A stretch of 63,356 bases of DNA, filler included, from Octopus bimaculoides (lineage: Eukaryota): the NCBI RefSeq assembly GCF_001194135.2. It is 4 parts of 4 records of this genome, joined end to end, with 100 filler letters (N's around TTAATTAATTAA, not from the genome) between each part and the next. Parts side by side here need not be neighbours in the genome. Positions count along the whole stretch, not along the records: positions 1 to 15,488 come from NC_068981.1; positions 15,589 to 27,107 come from NC_068982.1; 2 more parts are not named here. The stretch is one strand, 5' to 3'. Made by a program: the position numbers and the translations under genes. Below the pieces are notes generated by a model that was not told the DNA's origin, ran no database searches, and worked only from the letters and a program-made list of their open reading frames with translations. Position 1 is the stretch's first letter. The number at the start of each line of letters is the position of its first letter. This document shows, in pieces, positions 11,671-23,239 of the stretch.

Positions 11671-12639
11671 CATATACAAAACGCACATGCTGACAGATGC
11701 ACACCACCCGGATAAACCCAACACACAAGGACACCTAATGAATATAACACACACATACACAGTCACACATACCCACACACACATACACAGTCACACATAC
11801 CCACACACACATACATATGCACCCCCCACACACATACGGTTGCTTACTCGCACACACACACGCACACACACACACACACACACACCACAAGGACAATTCA
11901 AACAACACAAACATACTCAGAGACACACACACACTCATGTACACACACATAACATCCCCATCAACACAAAACACAAACATACACACGCACACATACACAC
12001 GTACACATACATATGCACCTTCACACACATACGGTTGCCCACACACACACCACAATGATTTTTAAAACAACACATACATTCTCAGACAGACACACACACA
12101 CACACACACCCGCGTACACACACACTCTCAGATACACACACTCACATACACACACAGAACATCCCCACCAACACAAAAAACACACAAACACACATACACA
12201 CGCACTCACGGACACACACGCGAACAAACACATACTCACACATGCGCACACACAACACCCTAACAAGTATTAATTACACACACACACACACACACACAAA
12301 CGTGTACACATATACACACGCTACAATAAACTTTGGGACCAATCAAAAATGGCCCACACTCACAGGCACAAACACATGTATTTACACAGACACACATAGA
12401 GGTGTGCACAGAGACATTCTGACCTCTAAGATCAGTTCCAAACACCACTGAATCATGACAGACTAGCCCATAAAACAACACAAAAAAATCCTTTTAATTC
12501 TACATTGCTATTCCTTCCTCCCACTCCAACCAACCTCCCACACTGTCCCTTAGAATACCTAACATTCCCTAGCTTACACACAAGAGAGAAAACATTTTAA
12601 AAAGATGGGTCAGTTCCTCTCCAATATTTTGTAAATTCT

Positions 12640-13010
12640 TAAATATATGTATTTTAATACTTACACTGTTTTTAACATTTTTAAAATTATTATCAGAGAA
12701 TGTATATTTGTATTTTAATATTTTTGTGACGACCAGTCCTTAACACTACAAAGCTTATACAAAGCTTTATATTTGAAACACATTATTATTATCAAAGAAT
12801 GTATATATGTATTTTAATACTTAAACTGCTTTTTAACATTTTCTATTATTATCAAAGAATATATATATGCATTTTTATATATGTATTTTAATACTTAAAC
12901 TGATTTTAAACATTTTCTTATTATTATCAGAGAATGTATATATGTATTTTAATACTTTTGTGACAACCTGCACTTAACACTATAAAGTTTATATAAAGCT
13001 TTATATTTTA
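12640..13010. repeat. AT-rich minisatellite (~55-60 bp unit) with a higher-order repeat
   Basis: Recurrent tatatgtattttaatactta(a/c)actg...aacatttt...attattatca(g/a)agaatg. The block tttgtgac...ttaacacta(c/t)aaag...aaagctttatattt occurs twice. Confidence 0.75.
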
Positions 13011-13544
13011 CTTTTGACAATCTTTTTCTAAAAAAGTGAAACCGGTAAAGTGAATAAACATCTTTAAAATTGCATTTTCAAACCTTCTTTCANNNNNNNN
13101 NNNNNNNNNNNNNNNNNNNNNNNNNNNNNNNNNNNNNNNNNNNNNNNNNNNNNNNNNNNNNNNNNNNNNNNNNNNNNNNNNNNNNNNNNNNNNNNNNNNN
13201 NNNNNNNNNNNNNNNNNNNNNNNNNNNNNNNNNNNNNNNNNNNNNNNNNNNNNNNNNNNNNNNNNNNNNNNNNNNNNNNNNNNNNNNNNNNNNNNNNNNN
13301 NNNNNNNNNNNNNNNNNNNNNNNNNNNNNNNNNNNNNNNNNNNNNNNNNNNNNNNNNNNNNNNNNNNNNNNNNNNNNNNNNNNNNNNNNNNNNNNNNNNN
13401 NNNNNNNNNNNNNNNNNNNNNNNNNNNNNNNNNNNNNNNNNNNNNNNNNNNNNNNNNNNNNNNNNNNNNNNNNNNNNNNNNNNNNNNNNNNNNNNNNNNN
13501 NNNNNNNNNNNNNNNNNNTATATATATGTATGTATGTATGTATA

Positions 13545-14780
13545 CAGGGCGTCCCAAAAATGTATACGCACTTTAGCAGCTGATTACTCAATGATGTTTT
13601 TTTTCTTTCCGGATGAAACCCAGTGGAATTTATGATGGCAGATAGACTAAGCTTTGAACAAAGGAAATTCATTCTAAAATGCTGCTGAATGTGTAAAAAC
13701 ACAGTTGAAGTACAAAGACAGTTCAGGGAGGAGTTTCAAACAGATCCACCAATGTGACTTACCATGACCCGAATTAGAGATAAGTTTGAACCCGATGGAA
13801 CTAATCAGAATGTTCACGAGAAACGTTCCAGAAGACCACGAACATCGACAGCCCATACAAACGAAGAAGGATTGCTGGAAACGTATCACTAATGTCCAAG
13901 AATATCTATGCGGCAAGCGAATCGTGAGGTAGGTATGTCAAAATCGTCTGTCCGACACATTTTGAAGCGTTGTCAATGGAAAAGTTACGTTCCAAGATTA
14001 GTCCATGCTACTAATGATGATGATCCAGACCGAAGAGTGCAGTATTGCGAGTGGTACTTGGCACGATGCGTAGAAGATGCACACTTTCCAACAAAGATTG
14101 TGTGGAGTGATGAGGCCACATTCAAATTAAGTGGTTCAATTAACCGCCACAATTGCATCTATTGGGGGACTTAGAATCTGCATGTTATGGTGGGACACCA
14201 TGTCAATTTACCAGGAGTTATAGTGTGGTGTGGCTTATCATCAAGAGGATTAATTGGACCATTCTTTTTTGACGCTACTGTGACTGGTCCTGTTTATTTG
14301 AACTTGCTGCAACAGTCTGTCATGCCAAGCATCAGAAAAGACTTTGAAGATGAGAAGTTTTGTTTTCAGCTATAAAGGGCCCCCCCCACTACCATCACGA
14401 TGTTAGATCCTTCCTTGATGAGATCTTGCTAAACAGGTGGATTGGATGAAGGGGTTTCGTTGAATACCCTCCATGTTCACCAGCCATAACACTACTATAC
14501 TTTTTTATGGGGAGACCTAAACGACAAAGTCTACGCTATGATACCTGCGACAGAGAATGCACACAAATACCAATCGAATTGTTTCGTGATGTTTGCGATT
14601 CTATTGCTTCGCGTTGTCAGCAGTGCCTGGACTAGAATGGACGTCAGTTTGAAAACATTTGTTGACAAAACAATAAAATAATATCTGGGGATTCTATTAA
14701 ATTTTGAAAACGAAATGTACTTTAATAAACGCCTACTTTACAATTATCTAAATTGTGTATACATTTTTTGGGACACCCTG
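13545..14780 (+). mobile_element. Complete Tc1/mariner-superfamily DNA transposon (DD41D, rosa-type), 1236 bp
   Basis: TIRs cagggcgtcccaaaaatgtatacgca (13545-13570) and tgtgtatacattttttgggacaccctg (14754-14780), with TA on both flanks and an internal transposase. Confidence 0.92.
13632..14665 (+). pseudogene. Transposase pseudogene (HTH + DDD domain) with several stops and frameshifts
   Basis: [47 protein letters not shown] (QQDGAPPHY) and PPCSPAITLLYFF (PPRSPDLTPLDFF). There are 41 codons between the second and third catalytic positions. Confidence 0.88.
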
Positions 14781-14822
14781 TATATATATATATTTAATGT
14801 AATTATACATATATATATATAA

Positions 14823-14855
<33 letters not shown>

Positions 14856-14911
14856 NNNNNNNNNNNNNNNNNNNNNNNNNNNNNNNNNNNNNNNNNNNNN
14901 NNNNNNNNNNN

Positions 14912-15410
14912 CAAAGATCACAAAATGACTGTGGTGTAACTCCTGTTTATGAGGTAGAAACTCCTTGTTATTTTGGGTAATTGAGTAAATATACAAATTT
15001 AGTAAATGGAGTAAAACGCATATGTTAAATGAATTCTTTTATTTCTAACATATGTTTCGAAGATTACAAATTGTACCTTCCAAAGGAATAGGTGATGTTG
15101 ATAAGTATGTAATCTTCTCTTCGGGGAAATACATAGGAACCAGCTTAACCGTAAGACATTTTAACCGAATGTGATAACTGTAGTTAGAGAAGATTGCTAC
15201 GTAACTTATTTGAAAAAACCGTTGGAGGTAGCAACGCTACTAGACAGTACGTTGGGCAAGAAGGGAAGAAAAGAAAGAAAAAAAGAAGATTAGAGTTTAG
15301 AATTGGGAGATAATAAGATGATTTAAACCCGATAAAGATGGGAGAAGAATGTTTTATGTATCATGGGGCCGCAAAGGTGAGCTAATCTTGCATTTATACA
15401 AGCAGTATTG
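14912..15410 (-). mobile_element. Probable PLE 3' stub / terminal repeat
   Basis: Contains an HHR motif on the minus strand. A weak GIY-YIG-end-like peptide (NILLPSLSGLN) lies upstream of it. Confidence 0.5.
15040..15131 (-). ncRNA. Minimal type I hammerhead ribozyme, slightly decayed
   Basis: Minus strand: tatttcc CCGAAGA gaagattaca [loop] tgtaatcttc GAAAC ATAT GTT agaaata. Stem II is a perfect 10 bp, loop 3 is palindromic ATAT and stem I is 6/7. U4 is replaced by C. Confidence 0.75.
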
Positions 15411-15588
15411 ACATAAATGCATACAATTATATATATATATACACCCATACATACATATATATATGTGCATGTATATATATATATATATNNNNNNNNNNNN
15501 NNNNNNNNNNNNNNNNNNNNNNNNNNNNNNNNTTAATTAATTAANNNNNNNNNNNNNNNNNNNNNNNNNNNNNNNNNNNNNNNNNNNN

Positions 15589-15640
<52 letters not shown>

Positions 15641-17262
15641 TGTATGTATGTATATATATGTATGTATGTATGCATGTATGTGTATCTAGGTAGGTATATA
15701 TGAATGAAGGTATGATTATGTATGTATTTCTACCGGAGTTTATAGTACTTTTCCACAATTCTTAATTCTCTATAACGCATAATGAAAGATAAACAATTAG
15801 TTTGACGAGAATACTATGCACAATTTTGATATTAAGGTCAGGAAAAATTAAATTGCTGTGAACCCGGTATAAAGGTAAATGTATATTCATCTATAAATTA
15901 TATAATATTGAGCAATAAAAAGTTGATATTGAAGGGAATTTCGTTGTAGCTCACCCATCAACTAAGACCACTAAGCTATTCTGAATTATTTTTTGCTACA
16001 TGACCTATCCAACAGCTAGTCGACCTACAGACACTACCATAACTTCCTTGTATTTATCTTTAAAGTGTACTGTAACGTCACTGTTTCAACTCTATAGCAA
16101 TCACCAAATCACCAAGAAAGCTGACTCTAAGACAGTCTTGAAATAAGCAATGCCATGCTGTTAAGTTGTAAAGATATTCATTTGTTTTGACATAACATCG
16201 TTTCGAGTTTCAGGATCCTGACATCTTTGAAATGTGTCTTTTAACACAGCGTCTTGTTCGATTTCTGCGAGTGAAATTTATACCGAGAATTCTTTCTGAA
16301 AATGCGTAAATGGAAATTATTTGATGTCTGTCAGATGGAATCTACCCTTTCTTATCTAGTCGACCTCGTATTTTATATTGTTTGACATCACCACCATGTA
16401 ATTCTGTTTTTGTTTTCATATACCGCAATCCGTTCTATTACAAGCGCTTAGATCAGGCATCTCTACTGAAGGATAGTAGACTTCTTGACGTGCTGCCACA
16501 TACTNNNNNNNNNNNNNNNNNNNNNNNNNNNNNNNNNNNNNNNNNNNNNNNNNNNNNNNNNNNNNNNNNNNNNNNNNNNNNNNNNNNNNNNNNNNNNNNN
16601 NNNNGTATGTGTGTGTGTGTATGTATGTGTGTGTGTGTGTGTATGTGTTTATGAGTTGTGAACTTTGCTTCTTTGTGTATGCATACATATACATGTGAGA
16701 ATGCACGTGTGTGCGTGCATGAACGTGTGTGGGTGTATGGACGTGTGAGCGTGTGTGTACGGGTGCACACGCGGATGCCTGTATGTAGGTAATAGCGTTC
16801 TTGCTAAAACTTTAAAAATTTTGTTCGGTTTTTGTAATTTTGAAATTTTTTCGCCATGAACGGTTTGTGTTTTTAAACGGAATGTATTTTTTGTGATGTT
16901 ATATTTATTCCTGAATGATGTGTAAAGACATTTTGATTTAAGCCTCTTAATGAATTCTTTATACTGAAATATATATTGAAGAAGATAAATATGTTCAATT
17001 GAATTTATACGTTTACGCGTCGTAACTCCTTTATTATTATTAATATANNNNNNNNNNNNNNNNNNNNNNNNNNNNNNNNNNNNNNNNNNNNNNNNNNNNN
17101 NNNNNNNNNNNNNNNNNNNNNNNNNNNNNNNNNNNNNNNNNNNNNNNNNNNNNNNNNNNNNNNNNNNNNNNNNNNNNNNNNNNNNNNNNNNNNNNNNNNN
17201 NNNNNNNNNNNNNNNNNNNNNNNNNNNNNNNNNNNNNNNNNNNNNNNNNNNNNNNNNNNNNN

Positions 17263-17318
<56 letters not shown>

Positions 17319-18316
17319 CATGTATATACATATTTATACATATATGTATGTATGCATGTATGTATGTATGTGTGTATGAATGTATGCATGTATGTATAGC
17401 CCGAAACATTTTGTCATACACCTTTTATAGCCGATATACTACATTATTTTATGTGTAACTTTACCTACTTCGAGTTGAGCCGTTAAAAACAAAACAATTT
17501 ATTTCATATAAATATATATAAAAACAAACGTGCGTGTGTGTGTTTCTATGAGTGTGTGTGTGTGTTTGTGAGAATATGTATGTTTATGCATGAATTACAT
17601 ACATACATCCTTTAACACACATCCATAATAATTTTAAATACTTTGATAAATCTTTTGACTCCTCATCCTGTATTCTATGGATTTAACATATTTCAAACTC
17701 AGATTTATACTGCTCTTATAGATTATAATTTGAACATTTACATCCGTTTGCTTCTTCACGAAGGTGATATTTCCCTTTGTAATTATATCGCATTCATCAA
17801 TTTGTAGGAATACATTAGTTCTTTGATGTTTCTTCGTCTCTGCCTATCAGCAATTCTAATCAAGTATTGAAGTGACACCCATCTCTATAAACTACTGTAT
17901 TAAGTAAACCAAAGCCCATCTGTAAAATTAAGTTGCAACGAAGTCATTCATTATGATGTTAATCAAATTTCCAGTTAAAAATAAAACAACATGAACATAT
18001 ATAGTACATAAGAATCATGCAATCAACTATGCAGATGTATGTAGATGACAATTTGTGGGCGTAGGATTTTTGAGGGTAAAATAATTGCTATGTTTAAATG
18101 AAATGGGGTTATATTAGCATACATACATATATACAGACATACACACAAACTCAAACATACAGTCATATGTTATATATAAATATATGCGTGAGTGTGTATG
18201 TGTATGTGTATGAGTAAGTATGCATTGTATTAAATTATTACAAATAACAAATAATTGCTAAAACCTCAATGTGATCGTCGAAGTATCATTAAAAATAGCA
18301 ATATATTAATATTATA

Positions 18317-18417
18317 GGGTGGTGAGCTGGCAGAATCGCTTGAACGCCGGGCGAAATGCTTAACGGTATTTCATGTGCTGTTACGTTCTGAATTCAAATT
18401 CCGCCGAGGTCAATTTT
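18317..18417 (+). mobile_element. SINE family A 5' fragment
   Basis: gggtggtgagctggcagaatcgcttgaacgccgggcgaaatgc...ttcaaattccgccgaggtcaattttg. Confidence 0.8.
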
Positions 18418-18524
18418 GTATGCTTAGCTCCCTGTGAACCATAAAGAAAAAAGTATATTAATATCCTCGGCTTTTACTTCAAGATTTTCTCACTTTTTCA
18501 ATTGTTTTGTGTTTTTTGGGATCA

Positions 18525-18585
18525 TTTCTTCTTCTTCTTCTTCTTCTTCTTCTTCTTCTTCTTCTTCTTCTTCTTCTTCTTCTTT

Positions 18586-18617
<32 letters not shown>

Positions 18618-18630
18618 TCATTATCATTAT
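18525..18630. repeat. Compound trinucleotide microsatellite (TTC)n(TAC)n(TAT/CAT)n
   Basis: Direct reading. Confidence 0.95.
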
Positions 18631-18775
18631 GTTTTTTTTTCTTCTTTCTTCAAATTTTCTTCCATTTCTCGCCGAGTGTTTTCCGTACACCTAGGGCAGA
18701 GAAACTCGTTGTATGCATTCCCAGTTTACACACGCAAATTCACAGGTAAAATATGTATTACAAAAATAAAAAAAA

Positions 18776-18830
<55 letters not shown>

Positions 18831-18834
18831 TTAA

Positions 18835-21356
18835 CGGCCGTCAGCCTGTCAAGCTACGGTTGCCCTTGAATTTTATAAGGAAAAGGCACACTTGCACCTT
18901 TCAAATTTATACCATCTTGTAAAACAATTTATTTGCTCTCGAATGGTGAGTTTATTTTCCTGTTTTGTCCTCCAGTTTTGAGACACAGATCAATCGATTT
19001 TGTTTTGTTTTGTTTTCTTTTTAATAACTGTTGTTTGTGTTTTCCCAACCAACATAGAGAAAGCACAAAACGCGGTGACGCTCACATGTAAGAGAGGGGG
19101 AGAGAGTAAGGGGCTTCCCGAAATGTCAATGAGAGAGTTTGCGTGCGTGCAAAGCGACTTGGGTCTCGAAAAAGCAACAGACGATAGCAGTGTTTTTGTC
19201 GAAAAATATAAAAGGAGAAAAAGGCCAACGGAGCCAATTTTGTCGATAAGTTTCTCTTGGGAGATCTTCAGAAAAGCAAAGGCTCCGTTTTTGACATGTT
19301 TCGAAATAAATACAGCAATTTCGAAAATGTAAACAATGAGATCCCTTTCGTGAACTAAGCAATGATCGAGTTCTGTACAAGTAGTAAGAAATGCAAGAAC
19401 AACAACAGCAGCATCAGCAGCGCCATGAAAAGCCACAACAACGACAATAACAAATGTGACAACAACAAAAATAACAACAAAATCGACAACGGCATCAACA
19501 AAAGCAACAACAATGACAAAAGCAATAAACGAGCTAGACAAAAACCGGTGTAACGGTTTGGAACAGCTCTCCAAAATCTTCTTTCGATGGAGTAGCCAAG
19601 GTATCTCGTCAGAGAATTGAATTCTCTGAAAAGGAACTTAAATATGCTAGACAGCTAGTCGAGAGAGACGGAATAGTAAAGTGAAATATCCAACCTGAGA
19701 CAATCCAAGCTACGATACACCACAAAGTGACGTACCGTACAATCGGATTAAAATGAAGGAGGATGGTAAAAGCCACAGAGGCTCAAATACAAAAAAACTT
19801 TAGGTTCGATCTGGAACTTAAAAGTAAATACACAGAGAAGAAGGGCCTATGGAATGGTGGACCTACGATTTCAAGAAGGAACAAAACAACACTCTCTGAA
19901 TTCCCTCAAAAGCGAGGAGCTGTTGTTAGTTCCTTTCTACTGCGGTCAGAGACTGGCCAAAATAATTCAACAGGTTCTGCCAGAAATAGCTATTCCTTGG
20001 CTAATTATTGCAATGACGACAGACATCGAGGAAAACTCGAAAATTCTCGAAGCCCATCAGACGAAAAAGGAGTACTGGTCAGGGATGACCATAGAACTCT
20101 TCATACAAACGATACAAAGGAATCTGGAACTCATCCCGGACCAGACTCTTCTTCTACGAGGCAACATAATTCCAGTCAGTGTAGATGGAAGGAAAGCAAA
20201 GTGCCACGTTTGCTTTTCAGCTAATCATTTAAAAGCCCACGGCCCTCAACTGAAGAAAAATGAGAGACAGGCACCTCTTCTCCCTACACCAAGAACGGCC
20301 ACAAAAATCCAGCGCCAAAAGAAGCGGCACCATCACCATCAGCAGATTCAGCTGTGGCACCACCAACACTGATAAGCATACCAACACCAAGTTTTCCCAA
20401 ACACTTCTCAGCGCCCGAAGATATTCCACTCACCGATGGAAAACGGATGGACTTCACAGGCGGAGAGTCGGACTGCGATGAGGTGTGGAAGATAAAAACG
20501 AAAAAAAAAACGGAAAAGAGACAGAAAAAAAACAAGCATATGGACAAGCAACAACAATCCTTATCCACACAAGTTGAAAGAAAAACATGAAAACAACAAT
20601 AACAAATACACCCAAAACAAACACTGCATCGACACCACCACCTCTAACACCTGAAACACAAGCTATCCCACATACGCAACCACCACCGCCACCACCACAA
20701 CACCAACAACAACAAACTCAAATTAAAAACTATAAAATGCAATAAGCAAAATGATGAATTAATAAAGTAGATAACACATGCAAACATTACACAAAGGATT
20801 TTGTCACATCCACAATCTCCCTGCCTTCACACGTACGAAGCATTCAAACAACACAGAAAACATACAGACACTTCAAAACCTTATTCCCTCAGTAAATCGG
20901 CGATTTTTGTGCGAATATCACTAAGAGAATTCTTGACGATTCACTGTTGTACACACCCCAAGCCAACAGGAAGGACGGGCAATCCGCCCCTCTATGCGAA
21001 ACCAAGAAAGTTATCCATTTCTTTCCCTTTTTCTACGATATGGTCGTGTCCAGAATAGGCAGCGAGAATGTACATGGCCAGGGGTTGCCTTGGAAGCGTG
21101 GTCACCTGATCAACGATCTCAGGGAAGAGAATATCGACGTGGTGGCCATTAGTGAGAGCAGAATTTCCGACTCACAGGATTTCCGACCTATTTTCGGTGA
21201 CTAGGAAGTGTAGACATCTCCAAGTCATCCGTAAGCAGGAGGCGGAGTCGCCGTGAGAGTTCGGAAAAATCTAGATCTTGCAATACGGACGATCTTCCTG
21301 TATCCGGAGGGTAGGTCTGTGGTTCTGGGTGTGACAGACAGTGAGGGACATACAGT
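18835..21356 (+). mobile_element. Tx1/L1-clade LINE: 5' region, frameshifted ORF1 with zinc knuckle and start of ORF2 endonuclease; 3' part absent
   Basis: ORF1 piece VSVDGRKAKCHVCFSANHLKAHG (decayed CCHC). ORF2 from ATG 21040: MVVSRIGSENVHGQGLPWKRGHLINDLREENIDVVAISESR...AGGGVAV...IFLYPEGRSVVL. It ends at (GA)n, 21361-21496. Confidence 0.85.
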
Positions 21357-21449
<93 letters not shown>

Positions 21450-21559
21450 TGAGAGAGAGAGAGAGTGAGAGAGAGAGAGAGTGAGAGAGAGAGAGATTGT
21501 CTGGGACCAGAGAACTAATGACACTAAATTTAGGTTTTTTGGTATGAAACTCCCAAGTC

Positions 21560-22330
21560 AAAATTGATATCTTTGTTTAGCATCAGTGACTGAAGCCGAA
21601 ATGGGCATTTAATACTAGCACATTTATTTGGAGATTACATCTCTTGTTGGATCGCATGATACCAAATTATTAATATTTACATATTTTTACCCTTCCACAT
21701 TGCCTTTGCTGCATTCTTTAGCAGCATATTATTTCTTTAGGCTGTTAATTTATAAACTGGGTTTTTTTTTTTCCTTCGATAATATATATTTTATTTAACA
21801 GGAATAACCATATTCTTTTTCAGTATTTTTTGTTTGGTGTTCCGTTATTCCTTTTTCCTTTTCATATTTCATATTCGGTTTGCTCTTGTTAATTTTCCGT
21901 TGTTCCAAATAATATAAGCTGGGTACAGTTTACACAATGACACGCCTTTGAATTTATAACATTAAACTTCTCTCCGAGTCTAGCAATTTGCTCTATAATT
22001 ATACATATCTAGGAAAGTTAGATTTAGAATTGTGGCACTTCTTTACTTGGATAATGATCTGAATACTTCAGCTGCTGCGTTAATTTGGGGTTTTAATATT
22101 ACCTGAATTTTATATAATCATTTCTAAAATTTCACAGTAATTTCTCTATGATTCATTTATTTCAATTAATGGGTATGCGTGTTCGCGTGTTAATTATATC
22201 TCCACGTTTACATATATTATGCTGCAATATATTTTTATATTTCTATCTGTGGTTTCTTGCGTAATAATAAATACACACACAGGCAAATCAAGATCTGAAA
22301 CTTATCCTCCCTGAAGAAAGAATTTCTAGC
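21560..22330 (-). mobile_element. Possible heavily decayed PLE fragment
   Basis: Minus-strand remnants LTFLDM and QCGRVKICK...RCNLQINVLV / NLVSCDPTRDVI loosely resemble the PLE RT end and the Cys-rich linker before GIY-YIG. Confidence 0.3.
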
Positions 22331-22915
22331 ATAATTAAAAATAATTAAAAGCTACTACATTTTGAAAATGCTGACGAAGAATTATTACAAAACGGTTTTC
22401 ATTGCCAGCCTACATAATACTTATGCACATATATTTGTACATGCTTAAATACGTTCATTCGTTATGTGTATATATATATATATATATATNNNNNNNNNNN
22501 NNNNNNNNNNNNNNNNNNNNNNNNNNNNNNNNNNNNNNNNNNNNNNNNNNNNNNNNNNNNNNNNNNNNNNNNNNNNNNNNNNNNNNNNNNNNNNNNNNNN
22601 NNNNNNNNNNNNNNNNNNNNNNNNNNNNNNNNNNNNNNNNNNNNNNNNNNNNNNNNNNNNNNNNNNNNNNNNNNNNNNNNNNNNNNNNNNNNNNNNNNNN
22701 NNNNNNNNNNNNNNNNNNNNNNNNNNNNNNNNNNNNNNNNNNNNNNNNNNNNNNNNNNNNNNNNNNNNNNNNNNNNNNNNNNNNNNNNNNNNNNNNNNNN
22801 NNNNNNNNNNNNNNNNNNNNNNNNNNNNNNNNNNNNNNNNNNNNNNNNNNNNNNNNNNNNNNNNNNNNNNNNNNNNNNNNNNNNNNNNNNNNNNNNNNNT
22901 ATATATATCGTTATG

Positions 22916-23138
22916 AGGGCGCTGAGCTGGCAGAATCGTTAGCAGGCCGGGCAAGATCCTTAGCGGTATTTCGTCTGCCGTTAAGTTCTTAGTTCAAATT
23001 CCGCCGAGGTCGGCTTTGCTTTTCATCCTTTCGCGGTCTATTAAATAAGTATCCGTTCTGCACTGGGGTCAATGTAATCGACTTAATCCCTTTGTCTGTC
23101 TTTGTTTGTGTCCTCTATGTTTAGCCCCCTGTGGGCAA
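22916..23138 (+). mobile_element. Full-length SINE family A with alternative 3' tail
   Basis: gagggcgctgagctggcagaatcgttagc...gttcaaattccgccgaggtcggctttgc...ccctttgtctgtctttgtttgtgtcctctatgtttagccccctgtgggcaataaaaaaata. Confidence 0.9.
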
Positions 23139-23239
23139 TAAAAAAATAGATGTGTCGCTGTGCGTTTTTCCTAGTGTGCTTACGATTCTAGTAGTTTGCC
23201 GCCTTAATGCAGCACTAAACTATTAACAACTTAAAAAGT

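Noticed and set aside
11690-12420. His/Thr-rich ORFs resembling histidine-rich proteins
   Set aside because: Degenerate (CA)n microsatellite expansion following the CR1 fragment.
15533-15544. ttaattaattaa islands inside N runs (also 27152-27163 and 44579-44590)
   Set aside because: The identical 12-mer embedded in gaps three times, with stops in all frames, is an assembly gap placeholder rather than biology.
17395-17430. gcccGAAACattttGTC, resembling an HHR 3' half
   Set aside because: No matching CUGANGA or stem II partner is visible; the upstream sequence is microsatellite and gap.
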